From: an uncultured Candidatus Saccharibacteria bacterium
GTDB taxonomy: Bacteria > Patescibacteriota > Saccharimonadia > CAILAD01 > BJGX01
NCBI GenBank assembly: GCA_964610335.1
Contig: CAZSVP010000002.1
Coordinates: 14,376 to 78,375, forward strand
Direction of reading: 5' to 3'
Length of the DNA stretch: 64,000 bases
The notes under the pieces are model-generated. The model worked only from the letters and a program-made list of their open reading frames with translations. It was not told the DNA's origin and did not search any database. Shown here piece after piece: positions 54,453 through 64,000 of the stretch. Each line of letters starts with the position of its first letter. Position 1 is the first letter of the stretch. Made by a program: the position numbers and the translations under genes.

Positions 54453-55145
54453 CTACTGGCGGATCTTGCGTGGTTGCTTGGGCGGTTGTAGAGCAGCCTT
54501 GGCTCGCTGATTGTCAGGATCAATCTTGAGTATGGCGCGGAATACCTTCTTGGCACCGGCATCGTCTTTTTCATGTACATAGGCTTCGGCCTCGAGTTGC
54601 ATAATATCAATGTTCTTAGGCTCGAGCTTTAGAGCTTCGTGGAGCACCTCTAGCTGCTTATCAAACTTATGCAGTATGCGGTATATACGTGCCAGAGTAA
54701 TAAAACGATTTACATTGGGTTCCATATGGACTGACTTCTCAAGTGCCTCGGCCGACTGGCTGTAGTCATGGTTTTTAAAATACATCATGGCGAGATTATG
54801 ATAACTTGCTGCATTGGGATACATTTGTGCCACTATACGAAAACACTCGATAGCATCGTCGGTATTACCCAGGTGTGAATACACAAAGCCAAGCCGACTG
54901 TAGGCTAGGCTGTTTTTGTGATCGATCTTGAGTACCTTAAGATAAGCCTTCTCCGCTGCCAAGAAGTTGCGTTCTTGGTAGTATCTACCTGCCACTTCTA
55001 ACAAGGCCTCAAGCTGGTCATCGTGTGATATGGCATTGCTATTTGTGGAGTCTATAAGGCTCGCAGCCAAGCGACTGCGACGGGTAACAATCACGCTATA
55101 AGCTGCGATTGCAAAGGCTATAACAATAATGGTTTCGAGTATCAT
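54453..55145 (-). CDS. Membrane-anchored TPR-repeat protein
   Basis: N-terminal TM then >=5 TPR units; ATGA start/stop overlap with holB (start moved to ATG 55145). Confidence 0.6.
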   Translation of the reverse strand: MILETIIVIAFAIAAYSVIVTRRSRLAASLIDSTNSNAISHDDQLEALLEVAGRYYQERNFLAAEKAYLKVLKIDHKNSLAYSRLGFVYSHLGNTDDAIECFRIVAQMYPNAASYHNLAMMYFKNHDYSQSAEALEKSVHMEPNVNRFITLARIYRILHKFDKQLEVLHEALKLEPKNIDIMQLEAEAYVHEKDDAGAKKVFRAILKIDPDNQRAKAALQPPKQPRKIRQ

Positions 55146-55972
55146 GATAGTTTTAGAGCCAGCCACTCGAGGGCTAGTTTGGGTTGTACGTGTGCACGGA
55201 TCGCACGCAAACACCACAGTGTCACCTCAACATCTGCTGACCGCTCTAGTATAGAGAACTTTTTGCCAAATGTGTAGAGCAAACCCAACACGAACTGTTC
55301 TGGTGAGCCGGATTTGGCAATCTCTGCAATAGCCACAAAACGATCGCTAACAGTGCCAGCTAAGAAGCTATCAACTTGTTGTTGCCTGAGCCGTTGCAGC
55401 TCCAGTGCTTCGCTAGAATTGGCTAGTTCTAGAGCTTGTAATGGTAATCCCTGCGCTAAGCCCACAACCTCAGACGCTACCCCTCCATAAGCTTGCATAA
55501 AATTCTCGATCTGCTGATCGTCTAGCGGTAACAACGGGATGGTTAGTACCCGTGAGCGTACAGTGGATGGTAGCTGCTCGGCACTACTTGCCACCAACAC
55601 CAGTACAACATGTGGTGGTGGCTCTTCTAGTACCTTGAGCAATGCATTGGCAGCCTCAGTACTCATGCGATCAGCTTGCATAACCACGCCAGCACGTATG
55701 CCATCCAGCCGTGCCGAAGTGCGCCATAAGTGCTCTATCAACTCACGAACTTGAGCGATCGATACTGTACTAGTCGCTGGCACTACCTTGGCAACCTCAG
55801 CGTCAGTGAGATTAGGGTCTTGTTGTCGTAACAACCACATAGCAGCTTGCTCAGTGCCCAACCCACTATCACCCTCCAACAAGTATGCATGGTGTTGCAA
55901 ACGCGCTGCTTTATGTAGGCGCTGCATACTTGCCGGGTGCAATAGCTGTTCCACCGCTACAGTTGGTTTCAT
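55142..55972 (-). CDS. holB: DNA polymerase III delta' subunit
   Basis: AHAYLLEGDSGLG degenerate P-loop, clamp-loader fold. Confidence 0.7.
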   Translation of the reverse strand: MKPTVAVEQLLHPASMQRLHKAARLQHHAYLLEGDSGLGTEQAAMWLLRQQDPNLTDAEVAKVVPATSTVSIAQVRELIEHLWRTSARLDGIRAGVVMQADRMSTEAANALLKVLEEPPPHVVLVLVASSAEQLPSTVRSRVLTIPLLPLDDQQIENFMQAYGGVASEVVGLAQGLPLQALELANSSEALELQRLRQQQVDSFLAGTVSDRFVAIAEIAKSGSPEQFVLGLLYTFGKKFSILERSADVEVTLWCLRAIRAHVQPKLALEWLALKLS

Positions 55973-56850
55973 AGGCTTTGTAAGAATCCCTCTAGCTCAG
56001 TTGGTAATGCCGCTTCAAACTGCTGGCTAACGCCTGGCGCTATCTCACACTTCAGGCTAGCTGCGTGCAAGAACATCCGCTCGAGCCCATCTGGTCGAGG
56101 CTTACGACTATATAGAGGATCACCCACTACAGCATGTCCTAGGTGTGCAAAGTGCACCCGGATCTGATGCATCCGACCAGTTAATATTTGAATCTCTACC
56201 AGGCTATAGTCGTGATATTGCTGCCGCAGCCGATACTCTGTCACTGCCATACGCCCAGATTGCTCAACCGACATCAATGCCGGCGACTTGGTACTGCGGC
56301 CAATCGGCAGCTCCAGCCTAGCCAATTGGTGCTCGAGCTTACCCCACACCAGTGCCAGATATGTCTTCTCAACAGTGTGAGCCTTGAACTGTGATTGTAA
56401 AAGCTTCTTGGTAGCGGCATTGCGTGCCAAGATCATCACCCCACTAGTATCACGATCTAGCCGGTGCACTATGCCTGGCCTTACCAGATCACTGTCTTCC
56501 ACCTGATCGGCAAATGCAGTAGCTACAGAAAAAGCATTGGACTTAGCAGGTGTTGGATGACTTAGCACGCCCGCTGGTTTGTTGATAACAATCACGTTGT
56601 CATCTTGATGGATTACCGGTATATCGACTGTTTTCTCTGATTCCTCCTGAGAGACTGGTGTGATCTGGATCGCATCACCATCTGACACATGATAAGACGG
56701 CTTAACTGACTGTTTGTTCACTAACACCAAGCCAGATGTGATCTGGCGCTGCCAGCCACTGCGAGTGTTTTCTGGGCGCAACTCACAAAGTAATTGGTCC
56801 AGCCGCTGTCCCGCATATTTGTCACTCACCACTATCTGAGATTTGCTCAT
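55969..56850 (-). CDS. rluD: RluA-family 23S rRNA pseudouridine synthase (RluD-like) with S4 domain
   Basis: S4 N-terminal domain, HRLDRDTSGV catalytic Asp motif. Confidence 0.85.
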   Translation of the reverse strand: MSKSQIVVSDKYAGQRLDQLLCELRPENTRSGWQRQITSGLVLVNKQSVKPSYHVSDGDAIQITPVSQEESEKTVDIPVIHQDDNVIVINKPAGVLSHPTPAKSNAFSVATAFADQVEDSDLVRPGIVHRLDRDTSGVMILARNAATKKLLQSQFKAHTVEKTYLALVWGKLEHQLARLELPIGRSTKSPALMSVEQSGRMAVTEYRLRQQYHDYSLVEIQILTGRMHQIRVHFAHLGHAVVGDPLYSRKPRPDGLERMFLHAASLKCEIAPGVSQQFEAALPTELEGFLQSL

Positions 56851-56902
56851 GCACCTATTATCTCCTATGTTCTGGTATTAAAGCAATCAATAACGAAAGA
56901 AC

Positions 56903-57026
56903 TTGAAAACAACTGTAAGAGATGAAGTGCAAGGCGATAGTGAGTAGCACACTAAGCTGTAGTAGACCTACAGCGAGGAGCAACGCAGCTATCAACGAAG
57001 TAATTCGCTCTTACAGTTGTTTTCAA
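56903..57026. repeat. 124 bp element bounded by perfect 19 bp inverted repeats TTGAAAACAACTGTAAGAG / CTCTTACAGTTGTTTTCAA; internal hairpin CTGTAG-TAGAC-CTACAG
   Basis: Seen directly; right arm overlaps stop codon of upstream gene; lies in rluD 5' region. Confidence 0.6.
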
Positions 57027-58006
57027 ATATGGGTATTTAATGATTCCAGTTGAGTCTTAGTCCCCATCACCACCAGCTTATCACCAGGGTAAAGTATCTC
57101 TCGTCCAGATGGGTTGACCTTGCTATGGCCATCACGATTGTTGATAGCCAAAAATGTCGTTCCTGTACCGTGCTCAATTAGTTGGCTGAGCCGCCCACCT
57201 ACAGCCTTGGAATACTTCGGCACCTCTATCTCTTCGATCTGAAGCTCGGCACTGCGGTTGGTGCTTAGTACATCCAAGAAATCCACCACATTGGGTCGGA
57301 GTACCATGCTAGCCATGTGGAATGCTCCGATCTGTGCTGGCTGAGCTACCTTGTCGGCACCGGCTTGGATCATGCGTTGCATATTACTTTCACGATTGAC
57401 TCGAGCCACTATGAACAAACTAGGGTTCATCTGGCGGGCTGCCAGGGTCACGAACAGATTGTGATAGTCTTCACCTAACGCACTAACTAGTCCTTTGGCC
57501 TTCTCGATATGAGCCTTTTGCAGTACACCTTCGTCACTACTATCACCTATAAAAGCATTGTAGCCCATCTTGATGGCTTCTTTGACCTTATCTTCGTCGC
57601 GGTCTATGGCCACAAATGGCACGTTTTCATCTGCCAATTCACGAGCTACCTGGGAGCCGACTCGGCCCAGGCCACAGACTATGTAATGATCTTTGATTTT
57701 GGTAAGTTGTGCGCGCACTTTTTGCCTCTTTAAACTATCGCCTAGATTAATGATATATTCTCCAAAGCTCTTAAGCAAATATGCCAGGATAACTAAGCTG
57801 GAGATAATCAATATTATTATAGATGCACGAGCTATTGGGCTCTCCATATGGAAGTTGTCGTGATGGCTGAGAAGTATATAAACCGATCTGTACAGACCCT
57901 CGTCGAGCCCTACTCCCTCTGAAAATGAGAACAACAAAGTGCCAAGTATTACCACACCTAGCACGAGTGCTATAAGTTTATAGATGGTTTTGCGCTCTAT
58001 AATCAT
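57023..58006 (-). CDS. Membrane protein with TrkA-N/TrkA-C (RCK) domains; putative K+ transport/channel-related
   Basis: Rossmann CGLGRVG, TrkA-C at C-terminus, 2 N-terminal TM; no TVGYG filter seen; start set to ATG 58006 (track ORF runs into rpsI). Confidence 0.55.
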   Translation of the reverse strand: MIIERKTIYKLIALVLGVVILGTLLFSFSEGVGLDEGLYRSVYILLSHHDNFHMESPIARASIIILIISSLVILAYLLKSFGEYIINLGDSLKRQKVRAQLTKIKDHYIVCGLGRVGSQVARELADENVPFVAIDRDEDKVKEAIKMGYNAFIGDSSDEGVLQKAHIEKAKGLVSALGEDYHNLFVTLAARQMNPSLFIVARVNRESNMQRMIQAGADKVAQPAQIGAFHMASMVLRPNVVDFLDVLSTNRSAELQIEEIEVPKYSKAVGGRLSQLIEHGTGTTFLAINNRDGHSKVNPSGREILYPGDKLVVMGTKTQLESLNTHI

Positions 58007-58097
58007 AAGCAATATTATAGCGTATCTGATTTGATTGGAGAAATACTCGACTTCAGTAACTAAAAAGATCCGCCTGAGGCGGATCTTTTTAGGTTGT

Positions 58098-58523
58098 TTA
58101 ACGCTTACTAAACTGTGGTGCTTTACGGGCCTTCTTAAGACCAGGCTTCTTACGCTCTTTTTCGCGAGGATCACGGGTTAGGAAACCACCTTTTTTGAGT
58201 GACGGACGAAAGTCGGGTGCCATCTCTATAAGTGCACGTGCAATTGCAAGCATGGCTGCATCGGCTTGGCCACTAAGACCACCACCGTGAGGTTGGATAT
58301 TTACATCCACGGCATCGAGCTTGCCAACCAGCTTGAGGGGCTGTTTGATGCGGGCTACGACAGTTTGATTGCCAAAGTAGTCCTCGAGTGTCTGAGTACC
58401 GTTGACGGTGTAGACGCCCTTGCCGGTGGTTAGACGTACTGTTGCTATAGATTGTTTGCGTCGCCCTGTAGCTCCATAATAATTACTTTTCTTGGTCTTG
58501 GGGGTTGTGGTTGTTTCTGTCAT
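58098..58523 (-). CDS. rpsI: 30S ribosomal protein S9
   Basis: GRRKQSIATVRL...C-terminal KKARKAPQFSKR. Confidence 0.92.
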   Translation of the reverse strand: MTETTTTPKTKKSNYYGATGRRKQSIATVRLTTGKGVYTVNGTQTLEDYFGNQTVVARIKQPLKLVGKLDAVDVNIQPHGGGLSGQADAAMLAIARALIEMAPDFRPSLKKGGFLTRDPREKERKKPGLKKARKAPQFSKR

Positions 58524-58525
58524 AG

Positions 58526-58966
58526 TTATACCTCTAATTTCTCTGGTTTTTGACCTTCATGCGTGTGTTCTGCACCAGCGAATACCTTCAAGTTGCGCAA
58601 CATCACAGCTTGCAACTTATTCTTAGGTAGCATACCAGCCACCGCATGCTCTATTACCCGCTCTGGATGTTTGGTAAGCTGATCTTCGAGATTAATCTCT
58701 TTGATACCACCTGGATAACCACTGTGACGATAGTACATCTTGTCATTGAGCTTGTTACCAGTCACCTTGATCTTAGCAGCATTGATTACTACTACGGCGT
58801 CACCGCCTACAACATGAGGTGTGTAGGTAGGTTTGTGCTTACCACTTAGCAGTGTAGCAATCTTGGTAGAGAGACGGCCAAGGGTCTGGCCTGAAGCGTC
58901 TACCAGGTACCACTTGGTTTCTGCATCGGCAGGTTTCTGACTATAAGTTTTAGTAAGTGTTTTCAT
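58526..58966 (-). CDS. rplM: 50S ribosomal protein L13
   Basis: [16 protein letters not shown]... conserved L13 core. Confidence 0.92.
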   Translation of the reverse strand: MKTLTKTYSQKPADAETKWYLVDASGQTLGRLSTKIATLLSGKHKPTYTPHVVGGDAVVVINAAKIKVTGNKLNDKMYYRHSGYPGGIKEINLEDQLTKHPERVIEHAVAGMLPKNKLQAVMLRNLKVFAGAEHTHEGQKPEKLEV

Positions 58967-59526
58967 TATTTATCACCTCGACGATTGCGGCCAGTTATAC
59001 TTCGTACTGAAGTAGCCTTGGTGGCTGTAGATTTGGCAGTGGTTTTGCGCACCACAGTTGCTTCTTCTTTCTTCGATTTCTTGTCGGCCTTTTTGTCCTC
59101 AGGTTTAGCTGCTTTGGCGGCCTTGTCTTGCTCGGCCTTAGTATCGGCGGCTTTTTTGATATAGTCTTCGTCAAGCAACAGCTCAATCACTACCATCGGC
59201 GCATTATCACCCCGGCGAGCACCGGTCTTGATAACTCGGGTATAGCCACTGTTACGGCTTTGAAAACCATTGACGAGATCAAAGTACAGCTTCTGGCCAG
59301 CCACAGGGTTGATCACTTCGCTTAGTATCTGACGATAGCCATGCAAAGTTTGAGTCTTGGCCTTAGTAACGAGCTTGTCAAAAAGAGGTTTGATAGCTCG
59401 GGCCTTGGCTTCGGTAGTCTCGATGCGCTCGTACAGAATCAACGAATCAAGCAAACCACGCACTAGAGCCCGACGAGGCCCGGCAGTGCGAGAGAGCTTA
59501 TTTTGTTTGATTCCGTGAGCGTGCAT
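58966..59526 (-). CDS. rplQ: 50S ribosomal protein L17 with ~60 aa Lys/Ala-rich C-terminal tail
   Basis: [15 protein letters not shown]...core then [17 protein letters not shown] tail. Confidence 0.9.
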   Translation of the reverse strand: MHAHGIKQNKLSRTAGPRRALVRGLLDSLILYERIETTEAKARAIKPLFDKLVTKAKTQTLHGYRQILSEVINPVAGQKLYFDLVNGFQSRNSGYTRVIKTGARRGDNAPMVVIELLLDEDYIKKAADTKAEQDKAAKAAKPEDKKADKKSKKEEATVVRKTTAKSTATKATSVRSITGRNRRGDK

Positions 59527-59545
59527 AATAGTATCCTTTTGGACC

Positions 59546-60481
59546 TTAGTCCTTCTTAATCCCCAACTCGTTCATCTTAGCGATTACTTCTTCAAGTGCT
59601 TTGGCGCCAAAGCCTTTGAGCTCTTTTAGATCAGCCCCACTAAGCTCCATCAATTCTTTGATGGTACGAATGTCGTTGTTAAGAAGTGCATTGGTAGTAC
59701 GGGGGCTAAAGTTAACTTCCTCAACTCCAATACTTGCCATGTCAGCTTCTTGCTTCTCGGCTGCAGTTACAATTCCACCAGTACCGACCGATACTACATC
59801 GTGACCAGCGATTACCTGGAAGTGACCTACCAAGATCTCAGCTGACTGCATAATAGCATCGCTTGGGCTGATACTACCATCGGTCTCGACTTCAATAATT
59901 AGCTTGTCTAAGTCGGTCATCTGCCCAACACGAGTGTTCTCGACTTGATAACGAACTCGGCGAATAGGAGTATAAATAGCATCAACAGCTATCATACCGA
60001 CTGGCAGCTTCTCACCTTGTCGGCTCTCGACTGGTGCATAACCACGACCTCGCTCGATGCGAAGCTCAATTTCAATCTTGCTGCGTGCACCATCTAGGTT
60101 AGCAATCTCTAGATCTTTGTTGACTACTTCTAGCCCTGCTGGACACTCTATATCAGCCGCTGTAACTACACCAGCTCCGCTTTTCTTGAGCGTAGCAGTG
60201 GCGCTATCTTCGCTTTCGAGGTTGAAGCGTACTTGTTTAAGATTGAGCAAAATCTCAATCACATCTTCACGCACGCCAGCCACTGTTGAGAACTCATGGC
60301 TTACACCATCAATCTTAACTGCTGTAATGGCGCTGCCAGCAAGGCTGCTCAATAGTACTCGACGCATCGAGTTACCAAGCGTCATGCCGTAGCCTGGGTA
60401 GAGAGGCTCTACTGTAAATGTAGAACGGTTCTCGTCCTGTTTGTCTTCTTTTAGTTCTGGTAGATTGATATCGTACAACAC
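59546..60481 (-). CDS. rpoA: DNA-directed RNA polymerase alpha subunit
   Basis: NTD dimerisation + CTD; 311 aa. Confidence 0.9.
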   Translation of the reverse strand: MLYDINLPELKEDKQDENRSTFTVEPLYPGYGMTLGNSMRRVLLSSLAGSAITAVKIDGVSHEFSTVAGVREDVIEILLNLKQVRFNLESEDSATATLKKSGAGVVTAADIECPAGLEVVNKDLEIANLDGARSKIEIELRIERGRGYAPVESRQGEKLPVGMIAVDAIYTPIRRVRYQVENTRVGQMTDLDKLIIEVETDGSISPSDAIMQSAEILVGHFQVIAGHDVVSVGTGGIVTAAEKQEADMASIGVEEVNFSPRTTNALLNNDIRTIKELMELSGADLKELKGFGAKALEEVIAKMNELGIKKD

Positions 60482-60506
60482 CGCTTTGACTCCTTATTTC
60501 TTATTA

Positions 60507-61118
60507 TTAACGTGAGTAAAACTCAATAATTAATTGCTCTTCGATCGGATCGGTAATCTCTTCGCGCAACGGCAGACTGGTAACAGTAGCAGAAAACTTC
60601 TTGGGCTCGAGCTTGAGCCAGCTTGGTGGGGTGGTAGTGCTAAAAGCTTCGGCACCAGCAGCAAAATATGGTTTTTGCTGACTAGACTCTTTTATCGCGA
60701 TCACATCACCAGGCTTCACACAGATCGACGGAACGTCTACTTTCTTGCCATTGAGCGTCAGGTGAGCATGGCTCACAAGCTGGCGCGCAGATTGGCGAGA
60801 AGGTGCTAGGCCCATGCGATAAACTGTGTTGTCTAAGCGTCTTTCTAGCAACTGCAACAAGATCTCGCCACTTACACCCTCTTGACGCTCTGCCTCTGTC
60901 ACATAGCGTCGGAATTGTTTTTCAAGCACGCCGTACAAACGCTTGACCTTTTGCTTCTCTCGAAGCTGTACAGCATAGTCGCTAGGCTTGGCGCGACGAG
61001 CTTGACCATGAAGACCAGGCACATAGTTACGCTTTTCCAGCGCTTTGACGGCCTTGGGATGCAAGGCAATCCCTTCTCGACGTGAGATCTTAGCGATAGC
61101 TCCTGTGTAACGTGCCAT
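60507..61118 (-). CDS. rpsD: 30S ribosomal protein S4
   Basis: MARYTG...S4 domain. Confidence 0.92.
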   Translation of the reverse strand: MARYTGAIAKISRREGIALHPKAVKALEKRNYVPGLHGQARRAKPSDYAVQLREKQKVKRLYGVLEKQFRRYVTEAERQEGVSGEILLQLLERRLDNTVYRMGLAPSRQSARQLVSHAHLTLNGKKVDVPSICVKPGDVIAIKESSQQKPYFAAGAEAFSTTTPPSWLKLEPKKFSATVTSLPLREEITDPIEEQLIIEFYSR

Positions 61119-61519
61119 TAGACTCTCCTCGGCTTTCTTGGTCGGCAGCCATTGTGTGGTATACCTGTCATGTCACGAATGGAACCAATCTCAATGCCGG
61201 CAGCCATCAATGCGCGTACGGCTGACTCGCGACCACCACCAATGCCTTTAACAATTACATCGGCTTTCTTGAGACCCAAATCCTTGGCCTGACTCAAAAC
61301 TTTTTCAGTCGCGATTTGAGCGGCATAAGGAGTAGATTTGCGAGACCCTTTGAATCCAGCAGCCCCAGCGCTAGACCAGACTGCAACGGCACCTTTTTCG
61401 TCTGTAATCGACACAATTGTGTTGTTGAATGAAGACTGAATATGAACCATACCCTTGGTGAGAGTGATTTTCTTCTTCTTGCGTTTTGCTTTAACTGGTG
61501 TAGGGGTTGCTTCTGCCAT
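61118..61519 (-). CDS. rpsK: 30S ribosomal protein S11
   Basis: [18 protein letters not shown]-type core. Confidence 0.92.
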   Translation of the reverse strand: MAEATPTPVKAKRKKKKITLTKGMVHIQSSFNNTIVSITDEKGAVAVWSSAGAAGFKGSRKSTPYAAQIATEKVLSQAKDLGLKKADVIVKGIGGGRESAVRALMAAGIEIGSIRDMTGIPHNGCRPRKPRRV

Positions 61520-61528
61520 AGTATTACC

Positions 61529-61915
61529 TTAAGTTTTAGCTGCTGCCTTAATACGTCCGCTACCAACTGTTACGCGCTTACCACGTTTAGTACGAGCATT
61601 TGTCTTGGTGCGTTGTCCTCGAACGGGCAATTTGGCACTGTGACGCAAGCCTCGGTAGGCCTTGATCTCTTTGAGACGCTTGATATTGCCTGTTACCTCG
61701 CGTGAGAGGTCAGCCTCTACTACGTAATTGGTATCGACATACTCACGAATCTTGCTCAATTGATCTTCGGTAAGATCTTTGACTCGAGTGTTTGGATCAA
61801 CACTTATTGCTTGCAATATCTGTTTGGCTCGGACTTCACCAATGCCATAGATATAAGTCAAGGCTACTTCAACGCGCTTTTCGTTCGGTATGTTGGTACC
61901 AGCTACACGTGCCAT
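61529..61915 (-). CDS. rpsM: 30S ribosomal protein S13
   Basis: [26 protein letters not shown]. Confidence 0.92.
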   Translation of the reverse strand: MARVAGTNIPNEKRVEVALTYIYGIGEVRAKQILQAISVDPNTRVKDLTEDQLSKIREYVDTNYVVEADLSREVTGNIKRLKEIKAYRGLRHSAKLPVRGQRTKTNARTKRGKRVTVGSGRIKAAAKT

Positions 61916-61918
61916 GGC

Positions 61919-62032
61919 CTAACCTTGCCTCTGCTTATGTTTGGGGTTTTCACAAATAACGGCGACCTGACCGCGACGACGAACGATCTTACAGCGGGCA
62001 CACATTTTTTTTACTCCGGCACGAACCTTCAT
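61919..62032 (-). CDS. rpmJ: 50S ribosomal protein L36
   Basis: Manual translation [37 protein letters not shown] (38 aa; below ORF-track size cut-off). Confidence 0.9.
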   Translation of the reverse strand: MKVRAGVKKMCARCKIVRRRGQVAVICENPKHKQRQG

Positions 62033-62049
62033 TTGCTTGAATACTCCAA

Positions 62050-62268
62050 TTACTTACGATAGGTGATACGGCCCTTGCTGAGATCATATGGAGTCATCTC
62101 TAGCACAACCGTGTCACCTGGTAGTATTTTTATATAATGCATGCGCATCTTGCCTGCCACATGCGCCAATATCTCATGACCATTTTCTAGTTTTACTTTA
62201 AAAGTCGTATTGGGCAAGGCCTCCAAAACGGTACCTTCAACTTCTAGTAATTCCTTTTTATTGCTCAT
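62050..62268 (-). CDS. infA: Translation initiation factor IF-1
   Basis: 72 aa S1-like fold, [14 protein letters not shown]. Confidence 0.92.
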   Translation of the reverse strand: MSNKKELLEVEGTVLEALPNTTFKVKLENGHEILAHVAGKMRMHYIKILPGDTVVLEMTPYDLSKGRITYRK

Positions 62269-62325
62269 GAGTACTTAGTTACAATCATTGATTATACCCC
62301 ATCTGGTCTAATCTGTAAACCCCTT

Positions 62326-63645
62326 TTAATACTTTTCATAGGTTGCCATCAATGCTTTAGATTCGACCTGCTTCATGGTTTCGATGACTACAGCTACAAT
62401 GATCAACAACCCAGTACCACCTATACTTACCAATGCTGACGAATTGGACATAAACCGCTGCAGTACAAATGGGAAAAGCGCCAATATACCAAGCGAGAAC
62501 GCTCCTACCAAGGTTATGCGGTTGATGATAGTTTTGAGGTATTTTACAGTTTCAGTACCTGGACGCACACCTGGTATAAAACCACCTTGTTTTTGTAGAT
62601 TTTCGGCTATTTCACTGGGTCTGAATATGATACCAGTGTAGAAGAATGTAAAGCTAAATACTAACAGGAAGTACGTAATTGCATATATCCAGCTGGTTGG
62701 CTGGAACCAACGGCTCAGAGTAGTGGCCATATTGGCTACCCAGGAGGAGCTAGCATTGGAGAATAATTGTCCTAAGAACGCCGGTACACTTAAAAACGCT
62801 AATGCAAAGATTATTGGCACCACACCAGCTGATATTACCCTAAGAGGCAAATGTGTATCGACACTACTACCAGCAGCAATTGCCGTGGTACGACGAGCAT
62901 ATGAGATAGGAATGTTACGCTGACCTTCATTGAGATAGACTACAAATACGATCGCCACAAAAGCGATGGCAGCAAGGGCGATTAATCCAATTAACTTGGT
63001 ACTGTCAGCTTGAGCCAAGCCGAACTGTTGGATAACCGTACCTGGCAGACTCGCTACAATACCGGCTAAGATAAGTATCGATATACCATTACCAATACCA
63101 TATTCGGTAATCAATTCACCAAGCCAAGTAAGCAATAAGCTACCTGCAACTATACTACTAATCATCAGTACCCACTGAGCTATAGTCGGGCTACCTATCA
63201 CATCGACGCCACCTACTTGGACAGACAATGTACGCACAAATGCCACCATGGCAATGGATTGGATTATGGCCAATGGTACAGTAAGCAAGCGAGTATAATG
63301 GTTGATCTTGGCGCGGCCAGACTCACCCTCCTTCTGCAGCTCATTGAGCTTGGGGACTACCTGAGTCAACAACTGGATAATAATGGAAGCATTGATGTAG
63401 GGCCCAAGTCCCATCAAGATAATTGAGAAACGAGACATTGCTCCACCAGTAAACAGGTTGGCAAAGCCGAGCAGTGGACTACTCTGGAACAATTTAAGTA
63501 AGAAATTTTGTAGCTTGTTGGTGTCCGGGACTGGCACTGGCACATTTGTTAGAACAGCGTATATAGCCAAAATACCCAATACTATAAGAATTCGTTTGCG
63601 TAAATCTTTGTTGGTATACAGCTGCCGCAAAAGCGCTTTGTTCAC
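62326..63645 (-). CDS. secY: Preprotein translocase SecY
   Basis: 439 aa, 10 TM, position between rplO and infA. Confidence 0.92.
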   Translation of the reverse strand: MNKALLRQLYTNKDLRKRILIVLGILAIYAVLTNVPVPVPDTNKLQNFLLKLFQSSPLLGFANLFTGGAMSRFSIILMGLGPYINASIIIQLLTQVVPKLNELQKEGESGRAKINHYTRLLTVPLAIIQSIAMVAFVRTLSVQVGGVDVIGSPTIAQWVLMISSIVAGSLLLTWLGELITEYGIGNGISILILAGIVASLPGTVIQQFGLAQADSTKLIGLIALAAIAFVAIVFVVYLNEGQRNIPISYARRTTAIAAGSSVDTHLPLRVISAGVVPIIFALAFLSVPAFLGQLFSNASSSWVANMATTLSRWFQPTSWIYAITYFLLVFSFTFFYTGIIFRPSEIAENLQKQGGFIPGVRPGTETVKYLKTIINRITLVGAFSLGILALFPFVLQRFMSNSSALVSIGGTGLLIIVAVVIETMKQVESKALMATYEKY

Positions 63646-63652
63646 GTTCCTC

Positions 63653-64000
63653 CTATGACTTACTTGGTTTATCGGATAGTTCTGATTTAGCTGAGACTGT
63701 TGGCTTACTATCTGTTAATTGAACACTGCCACCGGCTGCTTCAATCTTCTTAACTGCTTGCTTTGACGCTGCCGCAACAGAAACTGTCAGTTTGGTAGAA
63801 ACATCGCCCATGCTCAGTAGCTTTATAGTACTCTGTTTGCCTTTGACAATACCAGCCTCGGCCAAAACTTCTGAGTTAATAACGGCTTTTTTCAATTTTG
63901 TAAGATCACTAATATTGACGATTTCAAACACTACCTTGGGGTTGGCATTGAAACCGCGTTTCTTAGGTAATCGTCGGCTTAATTTGGTTTGCCCACCTTC
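63653..64000 (-). CDS. rplO: 50S ribosomal protein L15 (N-terminal part lies beyond window end)
   Basis: Reverse translation of 63932-64000 gives GGQTKLSRRLPKKRGFNANPKVV, continuous with track ORF. Confidence 0.85.
   Translation of the reverse strand, partial: EGGQTKLSRRLPKKRGFNANPKVVFEIVNISDLTKLKKAVINSEVLAEAGIVKGKQSTIKLLSMGDVSTKLTVSVAAASKQAVKKIEAAGGSVQLTDSKPTVSAKSELSDKPSKS

Noticed and set aside
57023-58174. Full-length 383 aa track ORF for the RCK-domain protein and a K+-channel call
   Set aside because: The N-terminal 56 codons overlap rpsI on the same strand and are hydrophilic junk. The start was moved to ATG 58006. No TVGYG selectivity filter was seen, so it is not called a channel.
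1-64000. Search for integrase, transposase, phage structural genes or rRNA
   Set aside because: None of the translated ORFs show tyrosine or serine recombinase, DDE transposase or capsid/terminase signatures. The island-like regions are therefore reported as repeat-bounded cassettes without a mobile-element call.

Overview
Gene-dense 64 kb window (about 90% coding, most genes on the minus strand, many 4-20 nt gene overlaps) from a compact bacterial genome with a backbone GC of roughly 45-48%. Short NusG, SecE, RpoA and DnaX, many GT39 glycosyltransferases and tight gene packing fit a reduced-genome lineage, possibly Patescibacteria/Saccharibacteria-like; this cannot be confirmed from sequence alone.

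Core content:
- Two ribosomal-protein blocks: rplL-rplJ and rplA-rplK-nusG-secE, split by a ~6.5 kb insertion; and rplO-secY-infA-rpmJ-rpsM-rpsK-rpsD-rpoA-rplQ-rplM-rpsI.
- Replication and repair genes: dnaX, dnaB, recR, ybaB, holB, plus cysS and rluD.
- Four tRNAs: Tyr-GTA, Thr-TGT, Thr-GGT, Trp-CCA.

Accessory content worth a second look:
1. A complete carotenoid cluster (crtE-crtB-crtI, two lycopene-cyclase-domain genes and a UbiA-prenyltransferase::GT2-glycosyltransferase fusion) that looks like a C50 carotenoid-glycoside pathway.
2. A dcd-tmk-thyX-glyA thymidylate module inserted between rplA and rplJ, in which thyX+tmk sit on a ~63% GC block.
3. Several other high-GC patches (fused ABC exporter, a GNAT/small-Cys-rich-protein block, a small ORF in the rplJ leader), suggesting repeated acquisition from a high-GC donor.
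4. An AAA_5(MoxR-like)/VWA-metallopeptidase/small-protein operon.
5. A tRNA-Trp-adjacent metal-homeostasis island (DUF305, CopB-type P-type ATPase, ZIP permease) followed by a dfr-like cassette, with tRNA-3'-end-like direct repeats at the three cassette boundaries.
6. A conserved 11-bp-stem hairpin upstream of both tRNA loci.
7. A promoter-terminator-bounded ~165 nt candidate sRNA.
8. A 124 bp element with perfect 19 bp terminal inverted repeats.
9. A Pmt/Ppm1-like glycosylation cluster.
10. A NOX-like ferric reductase/cytochrome b5 pair.

No CRISPR array, rRNA, integrase or transposase was seen.
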